Positions 10,978-19,690 of a DNA stretch of 57,741 nt are shown in pieces. Positions within the stretch are counted from its first letter, which is position 1. Every line of letters begins with the position of its first letter. Source of the DNA: an uncultured Candidatus Saccharibacteria bacterium (GTDB lineage Bacteria > Patescibacteriota > Saccharimonadia > Saccharimonadales > UBA10212). Made by a program: the position numbers and the translations under genes. The stretch covers positions 1 to 57,741 of the forward strand of contig CAZVAN010000001.1 in NCBI GenBank assembly GCA_964625245.1. The letters run 5' to 3'. Below the pieces are notes generated by a model. It saw nothing but the letters and a program-made list of their open reading frames with translations. It did not search any database and was not told the origin of the DNA.

Positions 10978-11970
10978 AATGCCCTTGGCGGTAAATGCGC
11001 TCAGATAAGTATTACTTTATAGCGCTTACCGCCTTCAGGCTTTGACTGACCGCTCTTCAAAGCGAAGAGCGATATCCACTGCGCCCCTCCCGTTTGTAGC
11101 GCTCGTTCGTAAGTTTTTTGTTTTTTACTTACACGATAATGCTAGCAAAAAAGTCTGCTTTAGTCAATGTTAATTAGTTATATTATTTACAATGATTATC
11201 TGTTAGTTATATAAATTTCTGTATTTTTGTTGTAAAGATTCCGTTGTAATTATATATATTACTGTCCGACAGTTTAGTGTTTAGTAGTCAGCAAAGCAGC
11301 TTTTTCATGTCCCCTTATTGCCATATTCTCAGTAGCTCGGTTAAGTTAGTTTTTACAATTCAAAGTGTTCGTAAACCTGAATCATACAGCCAATACGTAC
11401 TGCCAACATGGTCAAAAATTACTGACATATATGCGCTAGATGTATTCAGATTATTTAGGGTGCGGAAAGCGGCTCCAGCCAGTCATAGCCAAGTAACTTG
11501 TTTAAGTTCTCAATAGTAACGGGGCTTTCCTCTGTCAGAACTAGTGCTCCTAACAAGTTCAGGTGTTAATCCTCTCACGTCTAGCAGATTACTGTCTAAA
11601 TACCGATTTTAATTATTTCAGCGTCGGTAAACCCTGAATAGGTACCTCTCCCGAGCTCATAGAGCGTTTGGCAGTCAACGAACTCAATGCTTCTGGTCTG
11701 GCAGACCATTTTTCTTAAATTCTGCTACCACGCGTGAACCTCCTGGTCCTTCTGCGCGCGGATTTTTAGTAGGTTCGTCTGGTCTTTCATAACTAAATCT
11801 ACGTCCCGGCATAAAGACTTTAAGCATCATGGCGAAAGCTGCCTGCACGCGGTGTGTCCCGTCGGCAGTATTGGCGCAAGATGAGGTCTCAGGCATACTA
11901 TCCGACCTACTTAATGGAATTTGGTGTCGCTAGCCTCAAAAGTTATGCACAGGTTTTTAACATAATCGTA

Positions 11971-11999
11971 TTGACACTCAAAAACACAATTTATAAGAT
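11971..11999 (+). promoter_or_regulatory. Sigma-70-like promoter
   Basis: TTGACA (11971-11976), 17-nt spacer, TAAGAT (11994-11999). Confidence 0.45.
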
Positions 12000-12005
12000 G
12001 AGGAT

Positions 12006-12175
12006 GGCACTTGAATAAAAAAAGTGCTCAAAAACAAAAACGACTTGTAACAACGGCTTCTCGCAAGCCGTTGTTCCATCCAAAAACGAACGCCAAATAA
12101 AAACGTTTTAATAAACATTAAAAACCCAAACTTTCAAAAGACACCCGGCTAAACCAGCCGGGTGTTTAAATTTTA
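12006..12175 (+). ncRNA. Candidate small RNA (~170 nt), unassigned family
   Basis: Bounded by the promoter above and a strong intrinsic terminator (ACACCCGGCT-AAACC-AGCCGGGTGT plus a T-rich tail, 12141-12175). It contains hairpins GCACTT/AAGTGC, CAACGGCTT/AAGCCGTTG and AAAACG/CGTTTT separated by A/C-rich linkers. The only ATG ORF is 6 codons. Confidence 0.4.
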
Positions 12176-12328
12176 TGGACAACTAGAAGTATCCTCTCAA
12201 CGTTCATCAGCAAAGCCAACCGTAGCTTGCCAAGGCACACAACCTACCCTCTTTCCTGAAAAGTTCTAGAAGAATTATTAATCGAAAATAAGCTCCAGCA
12301 ATTTTGCTCCGCGTTTAAAAGTGTCATA

Positions 12329-13855
12329 ATGCAGGCCATTATGGGCGGCTCTGTAAAAAGCATTATGGACTATTCTGGTACTTCATCAGTTTTAGTCAGT
12401 GTCGAGTGTCATATTACTAACGGCTTACCAGCTGTGCTTATCATTGGTTACGCCGGTAAGGCCGTAGACGAAGCCAAGGAGCGCCTGCGAGCTAGTTTCG
12501 CTAACTCCTCCATCCAATTTCCAAAAAAACGCATAACCATCAACCTATCCCCAGCCGATTTGCCCAAGGATGCTACCAGTCTAGACTTAGCTATGGCTGT
12601 GGCTATTCTGTTGGAGAGCAAACAAATAGACCAAACGGGTGTGGACTGGGTATTTCTTGGTGAGCTGGCTCTAGATGGCTCCCTAAATCCAGTGCGCGGC
12701 TTGATTGGAAGGATCCTAGAAGCTAAGCAAGCTGGTATAAAAAAGTTTTATCTTCCGGCTAGTAATCTTGATCAGGCTTTACTAATTCCAGAAATATCCG
12801 TCAAAGCTGCCCGCAATCTTAAAGATGTTTATCTAGACCTGTCGGGTATCATGCCCCTCAAATGGATGGATAGTTTGGCTGGTAGTCTGAGTAAGCCCCG
12901 TGAGAATGAAATCACGATGGACTTCTCGGAGATTTCTGGACAACCAATTGCCAAGCGAGCCTTAGAAATAGCCGCCGCTGGGCACCACAACATTTTACTG
13001 CATGGACCTCCGGGAACCGGAAAAACCATGTTAGCCAAAGCTATGTGTGGCATATTACCAACCCTTCAACACAGTGAGGTATTAGAAGTTACTCATCTTC
13101 ATAGTCTAGCTAGCGGTGGGCAAGGTAATATTATCAGCCAGCGGCCGTTTAGATCACCCCATCATACAATAAGCACCACAGCACTGGTCGGCGGCGGTTC
13201 ACGACCTCGACCTGGCGAGGCCAGTTTGGCCCATCGGGGTGTCCTGTTTTTAGATGAATTGCCGGAATTTAGCCATTCTTCACTTGAAGCTCTAAGACAA
13301 CCCCTCGAGGACAGGTCGGTGACTATTGCCCGTGTCAAAGATTCTGCCACCTATCCGGCCGATTTCGTCCTTGTAGCTACCCAGAACCCCTGCCCCTGCG
13401 GATACTACGGAACCAATAAACCCTGTGTTTGCAGTGCCGCTTCTATAGCCAAATATCAAAAGAGGTTGTCCGGCCCTTTGCTAGATAGAATCGATCTTCA
13501 TCTGGCTGTCAACGATATTGACCATAGCCGCATATTAGAAAAACGAACAGTTGTTGAGGAGAGCAAGCTTATCAGGTCTCGAGTCAACAAGGCTTACTCT
13601 CGTCAAATAGAGCGTTTTAGCTCTGCCCGGTTCAATTCAAGCATGAACAATAGAGAAATAAGAGAATTAGCCGAACTCTCAGAGACTGCTAAGGCGCTCC
13701 TCGACCAAGCGGCTACTAAGTTGAGTATTTCAGCTCGGGCTTACATCCGTACGGTGAGAGTTGCCCGAACAATTGCTGATTTAGCGAACTCCGATTCCAT
13801 AGACACCGAACATATAAGCGAGGCTTTACAGTACCGTCAACAAATTTACGTCTGA
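12329..13855 (+). CDS. comM: ComM/YifB-family Mg-chelatase-like AAA+ ATPase
   Basis: 508-aa ORF with an N-terminal Lon-like domain, Walker A LHGPPGTGKTML, Walker B VLFLDELPEF, and a C-terminal helical domain. Several in-frame Met codons lie near the start. Confidence 0.9.
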   Translation: MQAIMGGSVKSIMDYSGTSSVLVSVECHITNGLPAVLIIGYAGKAVDEAKERLRASFANSSIQFPKKRITINLSPADLPKDATSLDLAMAVAILLESKQIDQTGVDWVFLGELALDGSLNPVRGLIGRILEAKQAGIKKFYLPASNLDQALLIPEISVKAARNLKDVYLDLSGIMPLKWMDSLAGSLSKPRENEITMDFSEISGQPIAKRALEIAAAGHHNILLHGPPGTGKTMLAKAMCGILPTLQHSEVLEVTHLHSLASGGQGNIISQRPFRSPHHTISTTALVGGGSRPRPGEASLAHRGVLFLDELPEFSHSSLEALRQPLEDRSVTIARVKDSATYPADFVLVATQNPCPCGYYGTNKPCVCSAASIAKYQKRLSGPLLDRIDLHLAVNDIDHSRILEKRTVVEESKLIRSRVNKAYSRQIERFSSARFNSSMNNREIRELAELSETAKALLDQAATKLSISARAYIRTVRVARTIADLANSDSIDTEHISEALQYRQQIYV

Positions 13856-13919
13856 TGGCTATTGAAGATTATAATTACCTCTGTTATTATCAACTTACGA
13901 ATTTTATGGAGCGCGAGAG

Positions 13920-14486
13920 ATAAATAAGGCACCGCAAATAAACCAAGCTATCCGGGCTAGCAGCTTGCGTGTTATTGGTGGCGACGGCCAACAGTTGGGT
14001 GTTATTTCTCGCAGCGAGGCTCTTGAAGCAGCCGAACAAGCCGGACTAGATTTAATCTTAGTCTCCCCGGACGCCAACCCACCGGTAGCCAAAATCGTTG
14101 ATTGGGGCAAGTATAATTACCAGCGTACTAAACAGTTAAAGAAAAACCGTTCCAAGGGCAAGCCTCTGGAAATGAAGCAGATGAGGCTGGGACTGAAAAT
14201 CGGCGAACACGATCTTGATATCAAGATGCGCAAAGTAAATAACTTCTTAGAAGCTGGACATAAAGTGAAAATTACGCTAATCTATCGGGGACGAGAGCTA
14301 GCCCATAAAGAATTAGGCTTTAAGCTAGCAGAGAAAATCATAGAGGACTTTGGGGACGGCGTTGCTGTTGACCAACCACCTCAGTTTGCCGGTCGTCAAC
14401 TCAATTTTGTTATTAGGAGTAAGAATGCCAAAGCTAAAAACGCACAGCGGAGTGAAGAAGCGAGTCAAGCTAACCAAAACCGGTAA
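13920..14486 (+). CDS. infC: Translation initiation factor IF-3
   Basis: IF-3 N- and C-domains are readable ([34 protein letters not shown]...). The frame is open back to 13875, and IF-3-like residues ([15 protein letters not shown]) precede the listed TTG at 13965. A likely ATA start at 13920 lies 8 nt after GGAG. Confidence 0.85.
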   Translation: MNKAPQINQAIRASSLRVIGGDGQQLGVISRSEALEAAEQAGLDLILVSPDANPPVAKIVDWGKYNYQRTKQLKKNRSKGKPLEMKQMRLGLKIGEHDLDIKMRKVNNFLEAGHKVKITLIYRGRELAHKELGFKLAEKIIEDFGDGVAVDQPPQFAGRQLNFVIRSKNAKAKNAQRSEEASQANQNR

Positions 14487-14619
14487 GCTTGTACGCCGCC
14501 ACGCTGGTGGTGGTCACTTTTTAGAGAAGAAAAGCGCTTCACGTAAGCGTAAATTAGCTGGTATGGAAACTATGGCCGGAGCTCAAGTTAAAACCATCAA
14601 GCGCAAATTAGGAGTATAG
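14425..14619 (+). CDS. rpmI: 50S ribosomal protein L35
   Basis: [36 protein letters not shown]... with AGGAG 6 nt upstream. The start lies inside the 3' end of infC (62-nt overlap). Confidence 0.9.
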   Translation: MPKLKTHSGVKKRVKLTKTGKLVRRHAGGGHFLEKKSASRKRKLAGMETMAGAQVKTIKRKLGV

Positions 14620-14622
14620 AGG

Positions 14623-14970
14623 ATGCGAGTTAAACGAGGCGTAGCCTCACACAAACGACACAACAAGATTCGTCGCCAGACGAAGGGGATGACGAAAGCC
14701 CATCGTTCTAGCGTAAAACGTGGTAAACAGGCTGTAACACGCTCATTGGCCTTTTCTTACAGAGATAGGCGGAACCGCAAGCGTACCTTCCGCAGTCTTT
14801 GGAATGCCAGAATTAATGCTGCCGCTCGTATGCACGAAACCACCTACAGTCATTTGATTGCCGGCATGAAAAAGTCTGGTATTAACCTAGATAGAAAAGT
14901 ATTGGCTGAACTAGCAGTCAATGAACCAGTAGCTTTCGAAGTCATCTTAAAAACCGCCATTAAAAAATAG
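14623..14970 (+). CDS. rplT: 50S ribosomal protein L20
   Basis: 115-aa ORF MRVKRGVASHKRHNKIRRQTKGM...; completes the conserved infC-rpmI-rplT order. Confidence 0.95.
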   Translation: MRVKRGVASHKRHNKIRRQTKGMTKAHRSSVKRGKQAVTRSLAFSYRDRRNRKRTFRSLWNARINAAARMHETTYSHLIAGMKKSGINLDRKVLAELAVNEPVAFEVILKTAIKK

Positions 14971-15049
14971 AGTTCTGGGCGCCAAGGCATTTTTCATTTT
15001 TAATGAGTTGTATCTGTTAAATCATAGTTTTTATGCTATAATTACTCCT

Positions 15050-15407
15050 AGCCCAGATTATCGGCTGATTGCCTGCTCTTTTAGTAGCAGGAGGAAAGTC
15101 CGGGCAGTATAGGGTAAAGGCAGTTGCTAACGGCAACCGGGGGTAACCCCAGGGAAAGTGCCACAGAAACGACACAACCATCCGCCGAGAAAGGCGGGTT
15201 GGAACTGGTGAAACGAGTGGGGTAAAAGCCCACAGTCCGTCTGGGTGACTTGGCGGAGAGGTAAACCCTGCCTACTGCAAGGAGATGTGTCGCAACAAGA
15301 GCTACCCGCTCGCGGCGCATCATAAGAACCGCTCGATCCTGCCGGCAACGGCAAGACTAGATAGATAATCAGCTAAAACAGAACCCGGCTTACGGATTTT
15401 CTGGGCT
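15050..15407 (+). ncRNA. rnpB: RNase P RNA (bacterial type)
   Basis: GAGGAAAGTCCGGGC at 15091-15105 and ACAGAACCCGGCTTAC at 15378-15393 (P4 strands). P1 pairs GCCCAGA (15051-15057) with TCTGGGC (15400-15406). An extended -10 TGCTATAAT sits at 15034-15042. Confidence 0.92.
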
Positions 15408-15427
15408 ACATGAAAAAACGCTTCTGC

Positions 15428-16231
15428 TTAGAAGTGTTTTTTCTTCCTCTCGTGTTCACTTTGATCTAAAATACGATTCACTTCTTTATCAGCGATTTTA
15501 TTAAGTTCTCTGGGCACATGTACGAAAATTACTTTTTCAAACGAATTCGCCAAGGCATTAATCTCCTGATGCAGGGGCGCTAATTCCTGATTCTTTACCT
15601 TATAAAAACCATTCATCTGGTTGACTACTAGCTGACTGTCGGAAAATAAGGTCACCTTATCAATCCCGAGGTCGCGAGCCCGTTCCAAACCCTTCTTAAA
15701 CCCGTAGTATTCTGCCTGGTTATTAGTGGCCATCCCCATATAGTATCCGGACTTTTCTACAACAGTATCGTCCATATCACAGATTACATAAGCACAAGCT
15801 GAGTCACCTGGGTTACCGCGTGAACCTCCGTCAGTATATAGCTTCGCCTCTTCTAGGAGCATAGCTGGGGTCGGTGTGTCTCCAGATGATGGCAGAAAGC
15901 TAAAGTTAATAATCTTGACTGGGGTCTCAAGAGTTACTCTATCGCCGTAATACTGCTTATAGGTACCGAGCATTTCTTCTTTTGAATCGAAGTGCTCATG
16001 CCCAGTCATATCTTCGGGGGTGACATCGCTCAATCTTTTCTCGACTACTTCATTCACCTTACCCTGTCCGATTACTTTCCAACTCTCAGGTGTATTGGGA
16101 TCTACTTTATCGATTATTTTTATTTTGTCATCAACTGACAGGTCTTTGTCATCATACAGGCGCCAGGTGGAAGTTTTTAAACCCTGCAGGATCATCTGGG
16201 CGAAGTCGTGATTAAATTTTAGTGTTTTCAT
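15428..16231 (-). CDS. ASCH domain - RNase HI fusion protein
   Basis: 267-aa ORF. The N-terminal ~115 aa are ASCH-like (LKFNHDFAQMILQGLKTSTWRLYDD). The C-terminal half is RNase HI with D-E-D-D residues in YTDGGSRGNPG, NNQAEY, FSDSQLVV and NKIADKE. Confidence 0.8.
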   Translation of the reverse strand: MKTLKFNHDFAQMILQGLKTSTWRLYDDKDLSVDDKIKIIDKVDPNTPESWKVIGQGKVNEVVEKRLSDVTPEDMTGHEHFDSKEEMLGTYKQYYGDRVTLETPVKIINFSFLPSSGDTPTPAMLLEEAKLYTDGGSRGNPGDSACAYVICDMDDTVVEKSGYYMGMATNNQAEYYGFKKGLERARDLGIDKVTLFSDSQLVVNQMNGFYKVKNQELAPLHQEINALANSFEKVIFVHVPRELNKIADKEVNRILDQSEHERKKKHF

Positions 16232-16293
16232 ATCCCTCTATCTTATAATACTTACCAGCTAATCCTTAAAGGAAAGGTTATCTCTTCGAGTCA

Positions 16294-16369
16294 CGGGGTG
16301 TGGCGCAGCTGGTAGCGCGTACGGCTGGGGGCCGTGAGGCCGCAGGTTCAAGTCCTGTCACCCCGACCA
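16294..16369 (+). tRNA. tRNA-Pro (anticodon GGG), CCA encoded
   Basis: Cloverleaf read by hand: acceptor CGGGGTG/CACCCCG, anticodon arm TACGG-CTGGGGG-CCGTG, T arm GCAGG-TTCAAGT-CCTGT, 3' ACCA. TATAAT at 16244-16249. Confidence 0.9.
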
Positions 16370-16390
16370 CGTCAGAACTGATTTCGACCC

Positions 16391-16430
16391 CATATAAAAA
16401 GCCCGGGGTTTAATCCGGGCTTTTTATATG
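16391..16430. terminator. Bidirectional intrinsic terminator
   Basis: Perfect palindrome CATATAAAAAGCCCGG-GGTTTAAT-CCGGGCTTTTTATATG. Confidence 0.7.
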
Positions 16431-16587
16431 GTCGGTGTCGAGCACTTAAATTTACCTCTGCAAGTTTTATGCAAAGTGGGTGCCCTCACAGCCGGACCAC
16501 GGTCCGAACTGCATAGTTGAGCTCCCTTATAAATTTTATTGAGAAAATTTAAACGTGCACTAACCGACCACTATCATTATACACCCG

Positions 16588-17220
16588 TTAAAAAACATTA
16601 GCGCCAAGCAGAGTGTTACTGAGACTATTAATAATGCTTGAGATAGGAACTGATAATACTGTAAAAACAATGAGCATGAAAATTATCAGGCCGTTAACCC
16701 CCATTCTCTCAATCGACTCCATGAATTCTTGAAGGGGTTTGGGTGCAAAGGCGTAAAGAAGCCTGGAGCCGTCAAGAGGAGGCCACGGTATACTGTTAAA
16801 AACAAAGAAGCCAACGTTCACTGCCACACCATAAGCGAATATTTTGAACACTGTCTCCGAAGTGACCTGGGTATGTCTGAATATGGTAGCTACAATTACT
16901 GCAAGTAACAGATTAGTTAAGGGGCCTATCATGCCAACAATCGCGCCCCCAAACTCGCCAAACCTAAGGCGGGCAAAGTTCACCTGGACTGGCTTGGCAG
17001 CCCCAAATGGTACCCCTAGAGTAAGAATTGCCAGTAGGGGCAACGCCACTGTGAAAAAAGGATCAATATGGCGCAGGGGGTTAAGAGTTATTCGCCCTTG
17101 GTGATAGGCTGTATCATCGCCTAACCAATGGCTAGCATAGGCATGCATCATCTCATGGATAGACATTGAAATTAGGACAATTGGCAGCACAATCAGAACT
17201 TTAGACAGCGTGTCACTCAT
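16588..17220 (-). CDS. Site-2 protease family (M50) zinc metalloprotease
   Basis: 210-aa polytopic membrane ORF with HEMMH (HExxH) in the first TM region and the typical RITLNPLRHIDP segment. Confidence 0.8.
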   Translation of the reverse strand: MSDTLSKVLIVLPIVLISMSIHEMMHAYASHWLGDDTAYHQGRITLNPLRHIDPFFTVALPLLAILTLGVPFGAAKPVQVNFARLRFGEFGGAIVGMIGPLTNLLLAVIVATIFRHTQVTSETVFKIFAYGVAVNVGFFVFNSIPWPPLDGSRLLYAFAPKPLQEFMESIERMGVNGLIIFMLIVFTVLSVPISSIINSLSNTLLGANVF

Positions 17221-17252
17221 TGTACTTAAGTATAGCAGGCACGGCTAAGGTG

Positions 17253-17281
17253 TTGACTTTATGCCCCTACCGAAGTAAAGT
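17253..17281 (+). promoter_or_regulatory. Sigma-70-like promoter for rpmB
   Basis: TTGACT (17253-17258), 17 nt, TAAAGT (17276-17281), then a GGAG RBS before the ATG at 17295. Confidence 0.5.
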
Positions 17282-17294
17282 GGAGCGTTGAACT

Positions 17295-17483
17295 ATGCAA
17301 AGATTAGAGTTTGATAAAAAAGGCAAGCAGTACGGTAATAACGTCAGCTTCTCCCAGCGCCATACAAAGAAGGTATGGAAGCCTAATTTGCAGACCAAAA
17401 CTTTAACAGTAGATGGTAAAAAGTTAAAGGTCAAAGTCAGTACCTCTGCTATCCGTTCCATGAAGAAAAAAGGCCTTCTCTAA
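17295..17483 (+). CDS. rpmB: 50S ribosomal protein L28
   Basis: 62-aa ORF ...GNNVSFSQRHTKKVWKPNLQTKTL..., the typical L28 core. Confidence 0.9.
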   Translation: MQRLEFDKKGKQYGNNVSFSQRHTKKVWKPNLQTKTLTVDGKKLKVKVSTSAIRSMKKKGLL

Positions 17484-17487
17484 AGCT

Positions 17488-18114
17488 CTACTGTCGTTCT
17501 ACAACCACAAGCTGAGTGGCATCAGTTAGCTCGCTCGATTTTAGCTTCAACTTGGCAACAGTCTCGGTGGGCTCCATGGCAAGACCCTTCAGAGCATCGG
17601 CTAGCTCAGCTTGCGGCACCTCGTATTTAATAGACTTATCCGCATAATGAGTTGGAATAATCAACTTAGGTTCCAGTTTCTTAATTATTTGAAGTGCCCC
17701 CACCCCATCGAGTGTATAGCCGTTGCCACCTACAGGAACTATTACGACATCTACATGACCAATTTGCTCTACCTGATCATCGCTGAGATCTGGGAAAATA
17801 TGACCCACAATAGCAACCCGGAGGTCTTCGGCCTCAATTGTATAAACAATGGCCGCATTATTACCTTCTTCGTCTATATGAGCCCTGGCTGCCACTCCAT
17901 GAACAATAACCCCTGCAACCTCATATTCGCCGGGAGATTCAGCACCGAAACGGGCAATCTTGTCCCGAGATAGATTTTTGGAGGTATGAAGGCTTATATC
18001 TGTTGGCTTCGTGATACTCTTAAGACCCAGCTTATCTAAGTTATCATCTATTACTATAGATGCCTTCTTGGTGGTAATCCGCACACAATTAGCTCCGTAG
18101 TATTGTAGTTCCAC
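17488..18114 (-). CDS. MBL-fold metallo-hydrolase-like protein
   Basis: 208-aa ORF. N-terminus MELQYYGANCVRITTKKASIVIDD and overall layout resemble the short UlaG-like beta-lactamase-fold family. Assigned from memory of the family, not a search. Confidence 0.6.
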   Translation of the reverse strand: MELQYYGANCVRITTKKASIVIDDNLDKLGLKSITKPTDISLHTSKNLSRDKIARFGAESPGEYEVAGVIVHGVAARAHIDEEGNNAAIVYTIEAEDLRVAIVGHIFPDLSDDQVEQIGHVDVVIVPVGGNGYTLDGVGALQIIKKLEPKLIIPTHYADKSIKYEVPQAELADALKGLAMEPTETVAKLKLKSSELTDATQLVVVERQ

Positions 18115-18135
18115 TATAAAATTCCCCTTTGAGAT

Positions 18136-18753
18136 TTAGCTCGGTATTGCCTGGTTATTAATTATAATCTGTTTTTTGGACGCCATAACGTTATTAATAA
18201 AGCGGTCATTTATCTGGATTCTATACTGATAGCTAGTCAGAGGCATGGAGGTGTAGCGAAGTTCCTTGTTCTCTTCTTTTTCAAGATCGGCTATAAACTT
18301 AGCCAGTTTGGCCTGGTTTACATCGCCGACAATCAGTACATCAACGCCACCTGTTTCATCGCGCGTGAACTGTCCAGTTAAAAAGGCAATTTCTACCCTG
18401 CCCAATGCCCGTACCGGCCGCGCCAGTGGATGTTCGGCCACAAGCTCCGGCTCGGTTTCTTGATCCTGGTTTTTGGCTTTCTTAGCTCTCTTTTCAGCCC
18501 TAGGACCAAAAACCATCGAGAGCGGCTTATAGTGCTCGTAGTCTTGGTTAACCTCGTAGTACAACCTGTTGTTATTGCTCTCGGACGTAATGATACCAAT
18601 GCTCAGTAAATTAGCCAGTTCACGGCGAACCGAATTAATCTGTTCCTCTACCTTACGAGTAATTTCACGTACGTAAAACGCGCGGTTAGGATTACTGTAA
18701 AACAGCTGCAGTAGCTTTACCCTGGTTTTTGACCCAAATAGTTGCTCAAACAT
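18136..18753 (-). CDS. Winged-helix (ArsR-like) transcriptional regulator-like protein
   Basis: 205-aa ORF. N-terminus LFGSKTRVKLLQLFYSNPNRAFYVREITRKVEEQINSVRRELANL is a typical wHTH segment. The C-terminal domain is unassigned. Confidence 0.6.
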   Translation of the reverse strand: MFEQLFGSKTRVKLLQLFYSNPNRAFYVREITRKVEEQINSVRRELANLLSIGIITSESNNNRLYYEVNQDYEHYKPLSMVFGPRAEKRAKKAKNQDQETEPELVAEHPLARPVRALGRVEIAFLTGQFTRDETGGVDVLIVGDVNQAKLAKFIADLEKEENKELRYTSMPLTSYQYRIQINDRFINNVMASKKQIIINNQAIPS

Positions 18754-18811
18754 TACTCACCTCTTAACGTTCTCAACTCTATTGTAACAAATTTGTTCGG
18801 AGAGAGCTGTA

Positions 18812-19690
18812 CTATTTATTTAACGCTTTACTAACAGAGGTGAAAGCTTCTTCCCCGTTTACATACCAATGAATAAATTTATTCCTTTTAAACCAGGTCT
18901 TCTGTCGCCTGGCATACTGCCAATCGGCTTTTTTAAACAACTCGACGGCCTCTTCTACGGTGAGCTCTCCCTTAATCAATCGGCTGGAAAACGTATAGAC
19001 AATTCCACCTGTTCGTTTAAGTTTTTTTTCACCGTACTTTTTGAGCAAACTTTTAGTTTCGGGTATGATTCTTAGCTCAAACATCTCTTCAGCCCTCAAG
19101 TTAATTCTCTGTCTAAGAACGTCGTCTGGCGGCATAAGACCAACCAGCACTGTGCCACGTGCTAACTCTGACTGTCTGGAGCCTAATCTACCATTACGCC
19201 CCAATACATTCACTAGATGGCGCTTATTAAACTGGTTTTCGGGCAATGGCCAGTCCCTTAGCTGGATCTCTTTTTGCAACTTATTAATTGACCAAGTTGA
19301 ATAGATAAAACGCTTTAGTCTATTTGCCCCGACAAAAGAGAAGTTAAACAACACACTGTCTATATACAGACCCGTTCCGCCAACTAGTACTGGCAATTTT
19401 CCTCTACTCTGGATTTCGGCTATTTTAGCTACGGCGTAGTCTTTGAACTTGGCAGCGCTAAAATTCTGACCCGGCTCAATTAAATCTATTCCCCAGTGTG
19501 GGACTAATATTTGCTCTTCTGAACTTGGTTTTGCTGTGCCAATGTCCATACCCTTATAGATAGTCCTGGAGTCGGCGGCGATAATTTCACCGTCAAAGTT
19601 CTGAGCTATTTTAAGTGCCAACCCTGATTTCCCGCTGGCTGTTGGGCCAACTATAACAAGGAGCTTTGGTTTTTCAGGGGTGGATGCCAC
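18812..19690 (-). CDS. miaA: tRNA dimethylallyltransferase
   Basis: 292-aa ORF with P-loop GPTASGKSGLA followed by IIAADSRTIYKGMDIGTAKP. Confidence 0.9.
   Translation of the reverse strand: MASTPEKPKLLVIVGPTASGKSGLALKIAQNFDGEIIAADSRTIYKGMDIGTAKPSSEEQILVPHWGIDLIEPGQNFSAAKFKDYAVAKIAEIQSRGKLPVLVGGTGLYIDSVLFNFSFVGANRLKRFIYSTWSINKLQKEIQLRDWPLPENQFNKRHLVNVLGRNGRLGSRQSELARGTVLVGLMPPDDVLRQRINLRAEEMFELRIIPETKSLLKKYGEKKLKRTGGIVYTFSSRLIKGELTVEEAVELFKKADWQYARRQKTWFKRNKFIHWYVNGEEAFTSVSKALNK

Noticed and set aside
11684-11896. 70-aa ORF (MPETSSCANTADGTHRV...) and the 79-aa ORF at 11277-11516 in the ORF-poor region.
   Set aside because: Neither has a convincing RBS. Their composition is unlike the other proteins in the window and no motif is recognisable. 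The GC-rich part looks more like structured RNA or decayed sequence. It is kept as an open question in the findings rather than called as CDS.
11100-11940. Possible tmRNA, SRP RNA, 6S RNA or 5S rRNA in the long intergenic region.
   Set aside because: None of the expected signatures was found on either strand: a tRNA-like T-arm/ACCA end with an ...ALAA-type tag frame (tmRNA), a GGAA-tetraloop domain IV with the AGCA loop (SRP), or 5S consensus blocks. A covariance-model scan is needed before naming anything.
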